Assembly (NCBI GenBank): GCA_028534125.1
Contig: CM052816.1
Coordinates: forward strand, 30,258,001 to 30,322,000
Source: Lama glama
Taxonomy: Eukaryota
Length of the DNA stretch: 64,000 nt
Direction of reading: 5' to 3'
Below the pieces are notes generated by a model, which was given only the letters and a program-made list of their open reading frames with translations, was not told the DNA's origin and ran no database searches. Position 1 is the stretch's first letter. Each line of letters begins with the position of its first letter. The position numbers were made by a program, and so were the translations under genes. Below, in pieces: positions 1 to 13,760 of this stretch.

Positions 1-600
1 TCTAACTTGGCTGTGAACATGCAGGTACAGCTGCCTATTTTCACACAAGCAAGGTAGTAAGTCTTGAGTGAACACTCCTCAAAGTAGAAAAATAATAGTC
101 CACTGCGTGTAACAAGAAACTGGAGAGTGGCTCTAATAGGCCTCGAAAAGTAGTTTTACTCTGAATGAGCCCGATGCTGATGGAGCAGATAATAAACTCT
201 CTTTAGGTGCAAGAGAAGGGCTCTTTTCCATCTGTCTGGTATTTCAGGACTAGTGAGGTCGCCAGGCACACGGAAGGGCACAGCGGGCCCGCTGCTGCAG
301 TCCCACGGCTAGAACCCGGCTGGAGCCGCCCGTGCAAGTGTGCATGGCCGTCCACACAGGGCGAAGAGCCGCCGCGGGACTGACTGTCATCCTCAGTTTT
401 ATCAGACTAAGATGGAATTGTGTGTGGATGTTTCCTCTTCCAAGGGAAATGATTTGGAAAAACTAAGTCAGGAAGATGACTTTGCAGATGTGCTCCTAAG
501 AAAACTGAAAATGCTGACTCCCTGAAACACGGGGAGTCTGTGAGGAAGGAGACACCTTGTACCCATGGGACGCTCAAGTACCAAGTTGTATCGCCTCTCA
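1..600 (-). pseudogene. Possible N-terminal LRR part of another TLR-like copy, running off the left edge
   Basis: FRESAFSVFLGAHLQ (ORF 407-601) and LIQSKTTFRGLLEPLSSFLLH (169-107), which echoes SKTTF in unit B. Confidence 0.3.
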
Positions 601-939
601 CTTTAGCGCTGGGAAGCTCTGCTTTGTTGAGTGTATTGACTCCAGATGTTGTGACTTACCCAGTTCATTTAGGGGAGCTCAGAGTTCCTGCGCAATGGCT
701 CAGCGGTTACATTCTGTGTGTAAGACACATGTCCCAGCACCATAACTAATGGCTACAACATGTGTATCTGAAACAGGGCTTCCATTCTATTCCCAAGTAG
801 GTACCACTCAAGTTACTGAGGACTGACGTGTATAAACTCTCAGTAATTGAAAATTAGAGGTAGTACACAGAAGTATTTGAACCACACCACAGAAATATAA
901 TTTGAATGTTTTCAGTGATGAATAATTCCATGTATTCTT

Positions 940-1205
940 CTTACTTAATTCTCCTACGGGGTAAGTACCCTTATTACCTGTCACTTGCCTAAGATTACCC
1001 AGCGGATGCCAGAACTGGGATTTAAGCCCAGGAATCTGATTCCAGAATCACTGCTTTTCGCTGCCCCATGAGCTTTGAAGCTTTCCTGTAAATACTCTGT
1101 CCCCTAGGTTTCTCAAACCTAAAATAAAGGTACATAAATTAAGTTTGGTAAAGCACAGAGCACATGGCACATATTGGGCATTCAAGACACAGCTATTGTT
1201 ATTAT
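940..1205. mobile_element. MIR SINE fragments (two, opposite orientations)
   Basis: cacttgcctaagattacccagc..gggatttaagcccagg..ctgattccagaatc, and gtaaagcac..tggcacata..gctattgttattatt. Confidence 0.6.
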
Positions 1206-1229
1206 TAAAACAATAGTAATAAGTATATA

Positions 1230-1835
1230 TTGTATACCAGATATGAAACGAGACATCTTATTTCATGATCTTACAACCTAGGGAATGGTAGATATTAAAT
1301 TAAAAATTATCGGAGTGATGTGTGCTACCAAGAAGAAGTATAAGATACCTTGGGAAAATATGATGAGGCCTTAATGAAATCTTTTAAGTCAGGGAAAGCT
1401 TCCCTCTGGCAGTGACATTTATGTTGTTCTTTGAAAGGTAAATTTAGCATTAGAATTACCAGACTGGAAAGGACCTGGGAGAAGGGGAATATAAAAAAGT
1501 CTGGACTTAGTCCAGGACTGGAAGATGTAGGCCCTTCCAGTCCATGTAAAGGTTTTGGGTCTATCCCACGAGCAGCTGAAGGTAGTTAAAGGATTTCAGC
1601 AGGAGAGTGTTATGATCAGATGCGGATTTAAAGATCACTCTAAATGCTGTGTAAAGAATGGATTAGAGCTAGACAAGACTGGATATGTAGAGATGAATTA
1701 GAAGGCTGTTTCTGCAGCCCCTATGAGAGATTAATAGTGCTGTGAAGAAGGCTGATGGCACCAAGGAAGGAGATTGTTAACGGTGGATTCAAGAGCTATC
1801 TAGGACAAGGGAAGACAATGGATAGGTGAATTGAG
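1230..1835 (-). mobile_element. L2 LINE fragment
   Basis: Typical L2 antisense text gcaggagagtgttatgatcagatgcggatttaaagatcactct..gtaaagaatggattagag. Confidence 0.75.
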
Positions 1836-1847
1836 CCCTTAAGTCTA

Positions 1848-1900
1848 GTCTGTCTGTCTGTCTGTCTGCCTTCCTTCCTTCCTCCCTTCCCTCCTTCCTT
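1848..1900. repeat. (TCTG)n/(CCTT)n simple repeat
   Basis: Direct reading. Confidence 0.9.
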
Positions 1901-2799
1901 GCTCTTCTTGTTTGCTACTAAGACAGAACTCTGGAACAGCTACTAATCCTGGGCTACATTTACTTGCGAGTTACATCTGCTACCATAAGTTCCAGGCCAA
2001 CTGCCTTGTCGTCTCCTCCTGCAGCCTTGTTTTCAAACTCAGGTTTAAATCTCCGTGTACACTGCCAGCCCCTCCCCTTACCTTGCTCTCATCTTCCTAC
2101 TATTCAAGGAGATGCTACCATTCTTTTAAGCCTGTATTCTCCTACCCTAAAAGTTTTGAATGAACTCTGCATCTTACCATTAGAAAATGACCTTTTCAAT
2201 AGAAGACCATCTTCCTTGGTCTTCTTGGATGGAGTTAACACAGTAATCTGGTCTCATTCACTGACTAAATAAGCAGATGCCATTATTCAGCTCATTTTGA
2301 CCAGTAGCCACTTTTATGGACAAGATTGGAGAGTTAGGTTGAAAGCCTAGACTACTAGACTGATACTTTTACACTTCTTTAATTTATTCTGAAAAGGTCG
2401 AAATGTTTTTAGGGTAAAAGTACATGATTAGGCCACACTTCAATGGTAGATAGATAGGGGCTTTTCAAGTGGGAAACAAATGGAAAGTCTGCAGTAGCAA
2501 AGAAATAGTGTGGTGTATATAAAGTCATGGATTCAAGGTTACATAAATTCGTATTTGAATCTTGCCACAATCATTTAACAGACATACGAGTTTCTGTTAG
2601 CTATGATACTGAAATGAGATGAATTTTGAGAGGTAGCCAATGGCCAAATTATTTTCAGCCTACTGGCCCATGGTATGAAACTCAGGCTTTATCCTAAGTG
2701 CAGTAGAATGATACTGGATGGAAGGTAAAGGGCATTATTAAAGCTGTTTAAAAAGATCACTGAAGCTTTTAAAGTTAAAGGTGATGGATACTAGAAGGC

Positions 2800-4185
2800 A
2801 CTGCACCAAGAACCCCAAAATATAATCACCTCAAGTAAATAAAACAGAGATCTTGTAACTTTAAACTGTGATATTTGAATAGAATGCCAACTGAAACGAC
2901 TGAGGATCAAGTTGAGGAATGTTGCCAGAGGGTAGAACAAAAAGTCAGATGCATAGGAAACAGAAGATAAAAGACAGGAAGATCAGAGGGCTGTTTCAGC
3001 AGATCCATCCTCCAAATAATAGACGTTCTAGAAAGAGAAAATGGAGGAGTAGAAATTGTCAAGGAAATACATTTCTCATTCTCGCGAACTAAATTTATGA
3101 ATAGCCAAACGTAAAGGATTCACCATGTAACCAGCACAATAGATAAGAAAGATACATATCAAGGAAAATTACTGTAAAATTTCAGAACTTTTCAGACAAA
3201 TCTTCCAGGATGAAAAAATGTTTTACGCAAATTATCAGTATCACAGTGGCTTCAGACTTTTTAGCAGCAGTACTGAAATCTATAAGACAATGAAGCAGTG
3301 CTTTCAAAATACTGAGTGAAATGCTTTCCATTTCAGAATGCAGTGTATTGTACTTTGCTAAATGATCAATTAAGAGTAAGAATAGATAAAGAAATTTTCA
3401 GATATGCAAAATGTTAAACATTTTTACCTCTCATTCTTTTTCTCAGAAAGATCTTAAAGGATGTGCTCTACAAAAATGAGGAGTAAATCAAGACAGAAGA
3501 AACATGGGGTCCATGAAACAGAGCACGGGGACTAAAGAGCAGCAAGTAGAATATTCAGGATAATGATTTGGGAGGAGGCCAGATTAATACCTGTGTATCA
3601 GGTTTAAAATTCAGCCAGTCCAGATTGAATAGGTGAGAAGATAGCAGTAGAAATTTCTGTTAGGAAGGAAGATGAAATTGAGAGACGAGGTAATGTGTTT
3701 GAATGTATTTAAGGAAAATCTCACAGCTGGGGAAATGGGGCTTAAATTTATTATAAGTATCAGAATAACTAAACATGCATGGCTTGGGTGTAAGTAGCAT
3801 TTATACAGTCAAAATAATGTAAATAGTGTGTAGCTACATAGTCAAAATTATAATGAAACTATGTCAGATGCATGAAGGTGTAGGAAGTGAATGTGTGGTT
3901 TCTGGAAGGGACTGGTAAGAGAGCCACACCCTCATCTTCTACAGATGGAAGTGAATAAATGCTGCTTCCAAATGAAAAATCAAGAAGTAGTACATTACAT
4001 AAATATAATGTATTTTATAGACACACACATACAAACATGAGATAAATACCAAAGTAATTGAAAGTGATTATCTCTGAGGAGTATGACTATGAACTAGGGG
4101 ACTTCTTTTCTAATGAATATGATGGAATTAATTGATTTTTTTAACCACTTATATATATAACCGATAAAAGTTACAACTGAAATTT
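2800..4185 (+). mobile_element. HAL1 (half-L1, ORF1-only) element nested in an L2
   Basis: Decayed L1-ORF1-like sequence (ggcttcagactttttagcagcagtactgaaa..tgctttcaaaatactgag) followed directly by a 3' tail with no ORF2; L2-like sequence on both sides (~2600-2790, ~4190-4700). Confidence 0.65.
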
Positions 4186-4422
4186 TCAGACGGTTATTCT
4201 GTCTCTTTTGTTAGAAGTGGACTGTGGTGATGAGACTTGTAAGAATGGGAGACGTTCAGCAGGAGAATATTATCGTTGTTTCCAGTGACACAAGGGCATT
4301 GCAGTAGTAGATGTTGGAAAGTTTATAATTTTGTCTGATTACCAGACTATTAGAATGGGTGATGTCAGTAAAGATAGAGTGGTGTCAAAGAGAAGGGTAG
4401 CAGTGCATCTGTTCAGAAGAGG

Positions 4423-4447
4423 CTTTTTTTTTTTTTTTTTTTTTTTT
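4423..4447. repeat. poly-T tract
   Basis: Direct reading. Confidence 0.95.
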
Positions 4448-5719
4448 TAGAAAAAGTCTTGAAAATAGGGCCTGCAGAACTTGTAGATGAGCAAAGTGGG
4501 AGAAAAGGAAAAATAATGAGTGACTACCACTTTGGTTACTTGATCAACTAGGTGGATTGTAGCTTTATAATAACATAAGAAGACTGGAAAAGGAAGTGGT
4601 TTCAGGGGAAAATCAAGGATAATTTTTTTGGACATCATGTTCAGTTGGAGTTGATTCCTGGGCATCCAAGAGAGGAGGTTAGAAAGACATTAGGTACCTG
4701 CTTGTTAACTCACTTTTCTTCCCTGTAAAATCCTAACCTCCTGAGTGCCAGAACTGAGTCATTTTCATCTCTTTCCCTGGCTGTTGCAGTCAGGGAGGTA
4801 ACAGCATTAGATTTGAAGTTTCTGGTTCTCTGTAACTCACTAGCGATAATGGTTTCTTGTTGTTCCAGCCTGTCTCCCCACTAGTAAAACACATAATAAT
4901 TCTTGTCGCCTAAGTTCCCTGAAGGAATATTGTGAGCATCAATGAGCTATCTGTAAAGCATATTGAGCTTTTGGGGGAAGAAAGCTGTTTTATAAATTAT
5001 GAAGTATTAGAGTGTTGACAAGCTGTGAGGTGTTGGCTAGAAATATTCCGTGCTTGTCCAATCAAAAGGAAAGTGTAAAGCACTAGATAAAACAGTGGAC
5101 CTGTCTTAAAGTTGTGAAGGTTGTTTCTTGTTCTTTGTTTTGTTCTGCTCCCCTCCCGTTGTCTTTATCCGTGAGTAGTACTCAGATAAAATGATAATCC
5201 TAAAGCGTCTGGTGGGAGGGAGGGATTTAATTTATGATGTGATTTGAATGAAGATAGTATAATAGAGTTACCAAAGGTGCAGAGCTAAAAAAGTGAAAAA
5301 ATAAAGAAAAGCATAGTTGAATGAGGACTGCCATTGGCTGCCTTTTTCTCTTCTGCCGTGCCTCTTTCTGGCCTCTCTGCTTTGCTCTAGTTCTGTTTTC
5401 TCTTTCTTTCATGTATTTCACTTATACCAGCAATACATGAGTAGATTAAGAAGTTTGACACTAAGGTCAGCATGTGTAGATTTTTCCAGTATCTCATATC
5501 CTGTGAATATTCCCTTTAATATGAAAACCCAAGGGCATGGCACAGCTTCTGTTTAACATATTGTTTTAGACTCTGATACTGAGAAAGCAGTGGATTAACA
5601 CGATACCGTCCTAAACTGCCTGATTAATGTAGAAGTTTCTTTCTATGCATTTGCCAGTGAAAAACTGAAAGTGAGCGTGTGACTTACGATTTTATAAATG
5701 TCCAAGGAGATAGAAAGCA

Positions 5720-5925
5720 ACTTAGAGCACGAAGGAATTCCTGTTCTGCTGCTTACTAGTTTTGCCAAGTCACTTAATCTAAGTGTAATTTTCTCATTTA
5801 TACAATGCCAATAAAATCAAACCTAGTCATAAGCTTATTATGAGGGTTAAATAAGGTAATTACTGTGATGTGCTAAATATAGTGCTTGCAGCTATCAGCT
5901 TATGCTGCTTTATTATCATTATTAC
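5720..5925 (+). mobile_element. MIR SINE
   Basis: ctgctgcttactag..caagtcacttaatct..ttttctcatttata..tgagggttaaataaggtaat. Confidence 0.7.
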
Positions 5926-5992
5926 TTGTCTTAAACATGCTTTCTGTTTATATAGTCATGGAATAATTATAACTTAATAGTAAACCATGCCA

Positions 5993-5996
<4 letters not shown>

Positions 5997-6027
<31 letters not shown>
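5997..6027. repeat. (GT)n microsatellite
   Basis: Direct reading. Confidence 0.95.
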
Positions 6028-6030
<3 letters not shown>

Positions 6031-7029
6031 TTCCTGGAAGGAAGAATATGAGCTGTTTCCAACTGTACACGTGGGAAGGGGTTGATCAGGAGAGAAGCAA
6101 ATCAGTTAGCTGACGGTGAGCACTTTTTATCCTTGCCCTCAACTGAAGGTAAATGTGAAATAAAAAATCATGTAAAATTACAGATACATTCATAGAGCCA
6201 TGTATTTAGAGCTGAAAAGTTCTTTCAAATTGGCTTAATCAGGCCTCTCTGTATATTCTGAAGCCTTAAGATCTTAACCTTCTAGGACATAAGTCGTGGG
6301 TATTTCCACTGCACTGACCACTTAGAAACACATTCAGCTCGTGCTACGTCCGTGCGTATTACTGCGGAGTTCAGGCTTATCATACACATTTTTCCTGGAA
6401 AATATGTAAAATGCATGTGGGGGAAATGAGACATTTAATTATTGAAGTAAATGTGGTTATTGGATTAATTTTTTTTTTATGTTTCAAAGCATAGTTTTTG
6501 GTAGTCCTTTTGGGAAGAATCCAGTATTATCTAAAATCACTGGCAAAGTTAACTGTATTTGACATAACTGAAAGGTTTTAGAATGTTGAGAAGTAACTGA
6601 AAAAAGTGATGAGGAAATGTTTAGGTTGAGATAGTTTATTTCAGTAAATCTTTTAAAAGCCTCATCTTGAAATATTGTTAGTAAATTTCCATTTTTTTTC
6701 CTTTTTAAATTTGTTTTGTTTTCCTGAGAGCACAGCTATTTGTTTTTACTGTAAAACAAACAAAAATAATAATAATAAAAAGCAAACTCTCCCGAAAAAA
6801 AATCCTTGGCGTACTGCTAGCATTTCTGATAGCCCATTGGGTCAATGTAACTTAAGTCCTAAACATTTAAAATTAAATGCAAATCCATTGCAAAGTTAAC
6901 TGAATATCTTGCAATAAAAGGAGGTAAATCCAATAAAAATGCTGTTCAAGCACTTCCTCAGTCACACTCAAACCATGTAAGCAGGAAGATTTGTTAGAAT
7001 AAGACTGGTTAATAGTAATCATAGTAAAG

Positions 7030-10000
7030 AGAATCAGTATATAATTGCTAAATAATTTTACAAAAGATGAACAAATACATATCAAATTAGTAAAATAATC
7101 TCATAGTTTAAAAAACTGGAGAAAGTAGAACCTATTAAACACAAAGCAAAGTAAAGGAAGAAAAGAGTAAAGATAAAAATAGGAATCAATGAAATTGAAA
7201 ACAGACAGCAAACAAAATAACCAGTGAAGTCAAAAGCTACTTCTTTGAAACAGGCAATAAAATTGGTAAATTTCTAGCCAGATTAACAAAGCAAAACAAA
7301 AGATACAAATTACCCACATCAGAGAATGAAATAAAAGACATTACAGGCCCAGACATTAAAAGAATCTTAAGAGAATATTATAAACAACTCTGTGTTCATG
7401 AAATCAACGATCAATTGGTGATGAACCAGTTCCTGAAAAGATACAAACTACCAAAACTTAATAAGAAGTAAAAGTTGCATCAAGAAAAAATTAGGGGTTA
7501 AATAGTTTCACTAGTGAATTCTATCCACATGGAAGTAAAAAATAATAATTCTGCATAAACCCTTCAGAAAATAGAAGAGAAGCAAATACTTCCGAAGTAA
7601 TTTCATGGTTCTAGGATTACCCTGAGACCAAACCTAGATAATGATATTACAAGAAAGCAAAAACAGAAATCAGTATCCCCCATGAAAATAGATACAAAAA
7701 TTATTAACTTGAGTTTAGTATTTAGTATATTAGTATATTGCATTTTCAACCATATATAAAAATACAGTATATTATTATCAAATGACATTTGTCCTAGAGT
7801 ATAAGGTTGATATAACATTAGAAAATTGATCAATGTATTTCTTAATAGTAAAGATTAATTGAAAACAACCATATGATCATCTCAATAGTTGCCAAAAAAG
7901 TATTTGGCAAATTTTAACATACATATGATAAAAAAAAAAAAACTACCATCTGTTTTGAGTAAGAGGAATCTCATTCAACTCAATGAAGGCTGTATACAAA
8001 AAACATATGCAAACATAATACTCAATAGTGAAAGACTGAATGCTTTCTCCCTTCAAGACTGGAAAAAAGGCAAGAATATCTGCTGTTGCCACTTGAACAT
8101 GATTCTGAAAGTACTAGTTGGTGCAGTCGTGTATGGAAAGGAAATAACAGTTATGGACTGGAAAAGAAGAAATTAAATTGTTTTTATTCACAGACAATTC
8201 ACAGATCGGTTATGTAGAAAATATTAAGTAGTTGATAAAAAATACTATAAGAATAAATGAATTTAATAAGATTTTAAGGTAGAAAAAAAGTTTCTACATT
8301 CTAGCAATAAATAATTAGAAAATGAAACCTAAAATACCATTTACAACAGCATAAAAATATGAAATGGATAAATTTGACAAAAGATGTGATAGCTCCTTTC
8401 CCTGAAATCTGCAAATTTATTTTAGACCCCTGTGAATGGAGGGTTACATTATGTTAATGGATTTCAAGATTTTATGTTATTAAAATGTCCATCCTCCCCA
8501 AATTAATCTACATTTGACTCAATTCCAATTAAAACACTTGCTTTTTTTTTAGTAGGAATTGACAAGGAGATACCAAAATTTATATGCTAATATGAAGGAC
8601 AAAGAATATACAAAACCATTTTGAAAAAGAGGAATTAAGATGGTAGACGTATACTACTAATTTTAATAGTATGAAGCTGCAGATATTGTGACAGTATAAT
8701 ATTTGTATAAAGTTAAATTTACAGATAAGTGGCAAATAATATAGTACAGAAATAGACCACAGAGATTGGCAACGTGTAAAACCAGTTGATTTTTTTTTTT
8801 TTACTGGCAATTGTTTCTTTTTTAAAATTTCTATGTATTTTTTATTTTGTTTACTTTCGAGGGGTAATTAGGTTTATATTTACTTTTTTGTTGGAGGTAC
8901 TGGGAATTGAACCCAGGACCTTGTGCATGCTAAGCGTGTACTCTACAACTGAACTGTACTCTCCCCCTCAACCAGTTGATTTTTGAGAAAGGTAAAAATG
9001 CCACAAAAAAATTAAACCTGGGAAAAGGTGGTATGTTTATTCAGTGATGCTGGAACAATTGAATATCCATATGAAAAATATGCACCTTGACCCTTTCCAC
9101 ACAACATACACAAAGATCACTTTAAAATGGATCATAGATCTACATGTTACGAGCAAAATTTGCAAGCTTCCCAAAGAAAACAGGAGAAAATCACAGTGAC
9201 GTAGGGTAGGCAAAGTTTTCTTAAATAATAAGCGAAATACATAAACTAGGAAATTAAAAAAAATAATGGACTTCATCAAAATTAAAAATATTTGTTTTCC
9301 TAAAGATACCATTTAGAAAATGAAAAGGCAAGACACAAAGTGGAAGAAAACACTGGCAAAACACATACCCAACAAAGGGCTTGTGTCTAGAGTACCAAAG
9401 TAATTTTCTTAACTCGTTGATAAGATAAACAACCCAATGGGAAAAAGCCAAATTATTTTGAAAGGCACTTTGCTAAAGTGATACCTGGACAGTGGATAAA
9501 CAGATTAAAAAACACTCAACATCATTAGTCAACAGAGAAATTCAAATAAAATTCCAGAGAAGTACTATTAAACATGCTCAAAATGACCACAGTGAACCCA
9601 GTACACATTCACTAAGATGGATAAAACTGGACTGAGTATACCAAGTACTGGCAAAAATGTAGGCAGATTGTAGCCATTGTATACTGCCAATGAGAATATA
9701 AAGTTTTAAAATATCTTTGGAAAACAATCCAGCAGTTTCATAAAAGGTAAACTGAATCTTACCATGCAACCTAGCTATTACTGCTCCCAGATAATTACTT
9801 ATTCAATAAAAATGAAAGCAAATACCCAACAAAGATTTGGACCTGCATGATGAAAGCAACTTTATTCTCAGTAATCCCCAAACTGGAAACAACCCCTATG
9901 TCTCTCTATAGATGAATGGATAAAAAATTGTAGTGTAACCACAAAGTGAAATATTACTCATCAATATAAAGGCATAAACTGTTGATAAATGCAGTTACAC

Positions 10001-10350
10001 AGGTCAATCTCAATATCATTGTGCTGAGTGAAAGACATGACCAAAAAAAAAAAAAATGGAGCAAACGGCAGTTGATTTCATTTGTATAAAATTTTAGATA
10101 ATGAAATCTAATACATGGAGCTGGAAAACAGATCTCTGCTTTCCCATAGATGAGTTTGAAGAGAAAGATGTTTTACAACGTGGCAGAAAGAAGATTTTGA
10201 TGATGATTAAAATGTTTATTGTTTTAGATTTAATGATCAGTTCATGAGTTTATAGATGGATACATTTAAGGCTAATCAATTTGTAAACTTGAAATCTATT
10301 TAGCTTAATGTACACTATTTATACCTCAATAAAACTGTAAAAAATAGAAT
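7030..10350 (+). mobile_element. Old L1 (L1MC/L1ME-like) ORF2 remnant and 3' end
   Basis: ORF2-like TYANIILNSERLNAFSL in ORF 7889-8176; ends tacctcaataaaactgtaaaaaa. Confidence 0.9.
8795..8969 (-). mobile_element. Camelid tRNA-derived SINE (Vic-1-like) inserted in the L1
   Basis: Reverse strand gggggagagtacagttcagttgtagag..gcttagcatgcacaaggtcctgggttcaattcccagtacctcc with A/B boxes and an A-rich tail; 15-bp TSD aaccagttgattttt at 8780-8794 and 8970-8984. Confidence 0.9.
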
Positions 10351-12350
10351 AAATCAGAGAAATAACAAATTCATAAATAGGAGAACCCAGCTTTGAAAAG
10401 ATGTCAAGTCCCATTAAATTGGTCTACAGTTTTGATGTAATTCCAACCAAAATCACGAAAGTCATTTTAAAGAGTTTTTTTTGAATATATGGAAGGGTAT
10501 AGGGCCAAGACTATTATGAAGGCAATTTTGAAAACAAGAGAAGTGTAAGATTATGATATGTTTAAAAAGTATGGTATTTTCCCAGGGGTCAAAGGAAAAG
10601 CCAAATCAATGAAGCCAAGTCAATCGAATTGAAAATGGATTGACACATTTTTCAGAACTTGACATAGGGTTGTAAAGCATTAGAAATTATTAAACTTGCA
10701 AAGTCCTCAATAAATAATCATAGGAAAATTGATTATACACTAGGAAATAATACATTTTCATAAAAAGACTACACTTTGGAGTCTTTCAGGGTTAGTGTTC
10801 CTGATGCCCATAGTCTTCTAGGGGTGTTGTCTGCATTTGCACCCTCTAGGAGTGTCTGCTTTCTTAAGTTTTATTCTCTGGATGCCTCACTTGCCTTGTT
10901 ACTAACTGACCAGCATTAACTCTGAGCCGGAACCCCAAATGCCTACAAGAACCTTATACCCAGTAGTGTGGCTCCAAATTAGTAGCTCCTCTAAGTGCAG
11001 GGCACAAAGAAGTAAAAGCTTACTTAAGAAGACAATGCTGTAGCCCTGGATCTTAAATTATTTCTACAAATACTCTTTTCAAGTCCAATGTACAATACAT
11101 AGTCTAATTTAATCAGGCACATAAGGAAAGAGATATACTACCTTTAAGAACCATGAGAAATAATAGGCAACAGAAACAAACTCATCAACCTATGGATACA
11201 TCTTGGAAATATAATGTTAAGTGAAAAAGGCAAGCCCAGAAAAATATATGAACAAATGGAAGAGCACAGAAGCAAGCAAAATTTAAAAATATAATCTATG
11301 TATACTTACAGATGTCATTAAATACAATTTAGAAAATAAGGAGATCTTAAACATAAAGTTGAGACAGTAGTTAGCTTTGGAGAAAAGGACAGGGTATGGG
11401 AGAGGGGAATAGGATGCAGGTGTTGATGTACTCTAGTGGTGAATTCACAGGTGGTTATTAGATTTTTATATTTCACAAATTAACATATATTCTACACTTA
11501 ATGTTATGGGTATATTTAAAAAGAGAATAAAACGGAGATTGTTAACTACCCTTCAATTTTATTATTTTTTGATCTGTGATAAATTATTAGTGATAACGTT
11601 ATCATAAGCAAGTAATTGTATCCTAAATTAATAATGACTTTTACAAATCAATAAGACAAAAAAAAAGCAGCAGCAAATGTTGAGCAAAAATACAGAATTT
11701 CATAGAAGTCAACAGTGTTCAGGTATATACAAATTACAGTAAGAGATAGATACAATTTTTAAACCCGTCAGAGTTGCATACATTTTTAAAAGTTGATTAC
11801 AGTACCAAGGCTTGGGGAGTGTATTTGAAGACAGAAATCATCTTACAATCATGGCAGAAGTATAAACTGACGTAGCCATCTTAGAAATTGGGCAGTATCA
11901 AAACCAAAGGTGTAAATATTTTATGACAATGAATACATTAGCAATACTAGATCTGAATATGTACCTTAGAGAAACTTAGGTTAAGGATGTTTATTTCAGC
12001 ATCAGAAAACTTACTAGTAAATCAGTTGTGGAATATTCATGTAATGAAATGCTACACAATTGTTAAAACAAATGAACTAAACTGATGTATTAATAATAAC
12101 AGTTCTCAAAAATAACGTTGAATATAAACTAAGTTACAGTATATGAATGATGTAACATTTATACAAAGATGTAAAAAGAACACTGACATGATGTTATACA
12201 TTTTGTGGACCCATACATATTAAATGTACACAAATCACAGAAGATTTGATTATCATATTTTATTCATTGAAAATATATGTGAAGCAAATACAGCAAATTT
12301 TTAACATTTGTTAAATCTGGGATATGGTTCTTGCCTCTTAAAAATCGTTT
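10350..12350 (+). mobile_element. Further old L1 (L1ME-like) fragments
   Basis: L1 3' UTR-like blocks (aatataatgttaagtgaaaaaggcaag; gttgtggaatattcatgtaatgaaatgctac). Confidence 0.65.
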
Positions 12351-13344
12351 AATTTTTTTTTTCTTAAAAATGTTTAAGAAGCCCTTAAAATGTATGAAAT
12401 CTTCATGTACTTGCTGCTAAAGTACACCTCTTAATAACTGCTGTGAAATTCAAGTATTATGTGAATGATATTTATCACGCATGCATTCATAAATGTTCTC
12501 GGAAAAATGTATTTGAGGAAGAACATTACATCTGAAATATTCTTTTTGTTTTTCTTTTGAATAAGCTCATAATTGCAATTATAACCTTAATTTTGTTCAA
12601 TATTGATACAATATAGTTAGTTTAATGTATTTTTGCTTTGAATCTAAAATCCCAAAGAAGCTTAATATATTTGCTATGAAACTTTGATACTGTTTTGGGT
12701 AGATTCATTTTGTGTCCTTTTCTAAGATCCATTTTTTTGAAGCAAGTAAAGACTTCATGTTCTGGAAAAGAACTGTGAAATTCTCTGGACACTCTAGACG
12801 GGGAAAATAATTCTCTTGCAAAAAAACTCAAGTTTAACTGATGATATATTTAAAATAGCATCCTCAGATACCAATTTTATATTAATTTCTCTAAAATTTT
12901 CCTTCTCTTCCTCTACCAATTATTTGTATCTCCCCAAGCATCATTAAGACCCACTAGTTAGATTCATGCGTGTAGTACAGAATGCATGTATAAGTGTGCC
13001 TGTGTGTGTACGTGCACGTGGTGATGCCGGGGACATGTAGGTGACTGGAAACTTCCACATCCAATTTGCTGAAACTCACATATTACACTGTCTTGATAAC
13101 AAAGAGACTACATAACAAATGTTCAAGTGACAAACACTCAAATACAAACTTTAAATAAACATTTATAAAAGCAAATGTCTTTGTTTTAAGGAAAATATTG
13201 CAATCAGTGTTATTAAACATAGTTTGGCTATTGCAAATGTAGACATCAGATTTGTACAAATTTAAGGTGATAACTTGGAAATGGAACTGCCCATCTGGCC
13301 ATAAACTACCCTCCTAAATGCAGTAATAGATCTCTGATTTCATT

Positions 13345-13760
13345 TGGAGCAGCAGTGTGTTCAGCTGGAAGATTATATTTTCTCACCTCAGTTACCTTGA
13401 GACACTATTAATGAGCTATGAATGAAAGCAACTGAGTGGGTTTTCAGAGTAACTCTTTAAAGGTTTCTGACTCAGCTTAGAGAACTGTTCATTGTGTCCC
13501 TTACCTTCTTGGAAAATAGATGTGATGGCTGGAAATCTGGCAGCCATCCTATGACATTGAGAGCAAAGGACATGGGCTTAAGCTGGTGGTGGAAAAGTAA
13601 AATAACAGGAGCTTGATTCCTTAATGACTCTGTTGAGCTGACATACCAAGATTGGAATACATATCCTTCTGTTTTACATGAGAAAATAAAACACCAAATT
13701 AAAAGATACTGTAGTCAGGACTCTGTTACTAACAGTTGTGTACAATTACTAATTAATATC
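13345..13760 (+). mobile_element. MaLR LTR (MLT1I/J/K-like) inserted in TLR unit B
   Basis: tgtgatggctggaaatctggcagccatcct..ggagcttgattccttaatgactctgttgagctg..tacatgagaaaataaa. Confidence 0.75.

Noticed and set aside
340..525. Plus-strand ORF MELCVDV..
   Set aside because: No recognisable homology or exon context
8890..8969. tRNA-like sequence
   Set aside because: SINE head with an A-tail and TSD, not a tRNA gene
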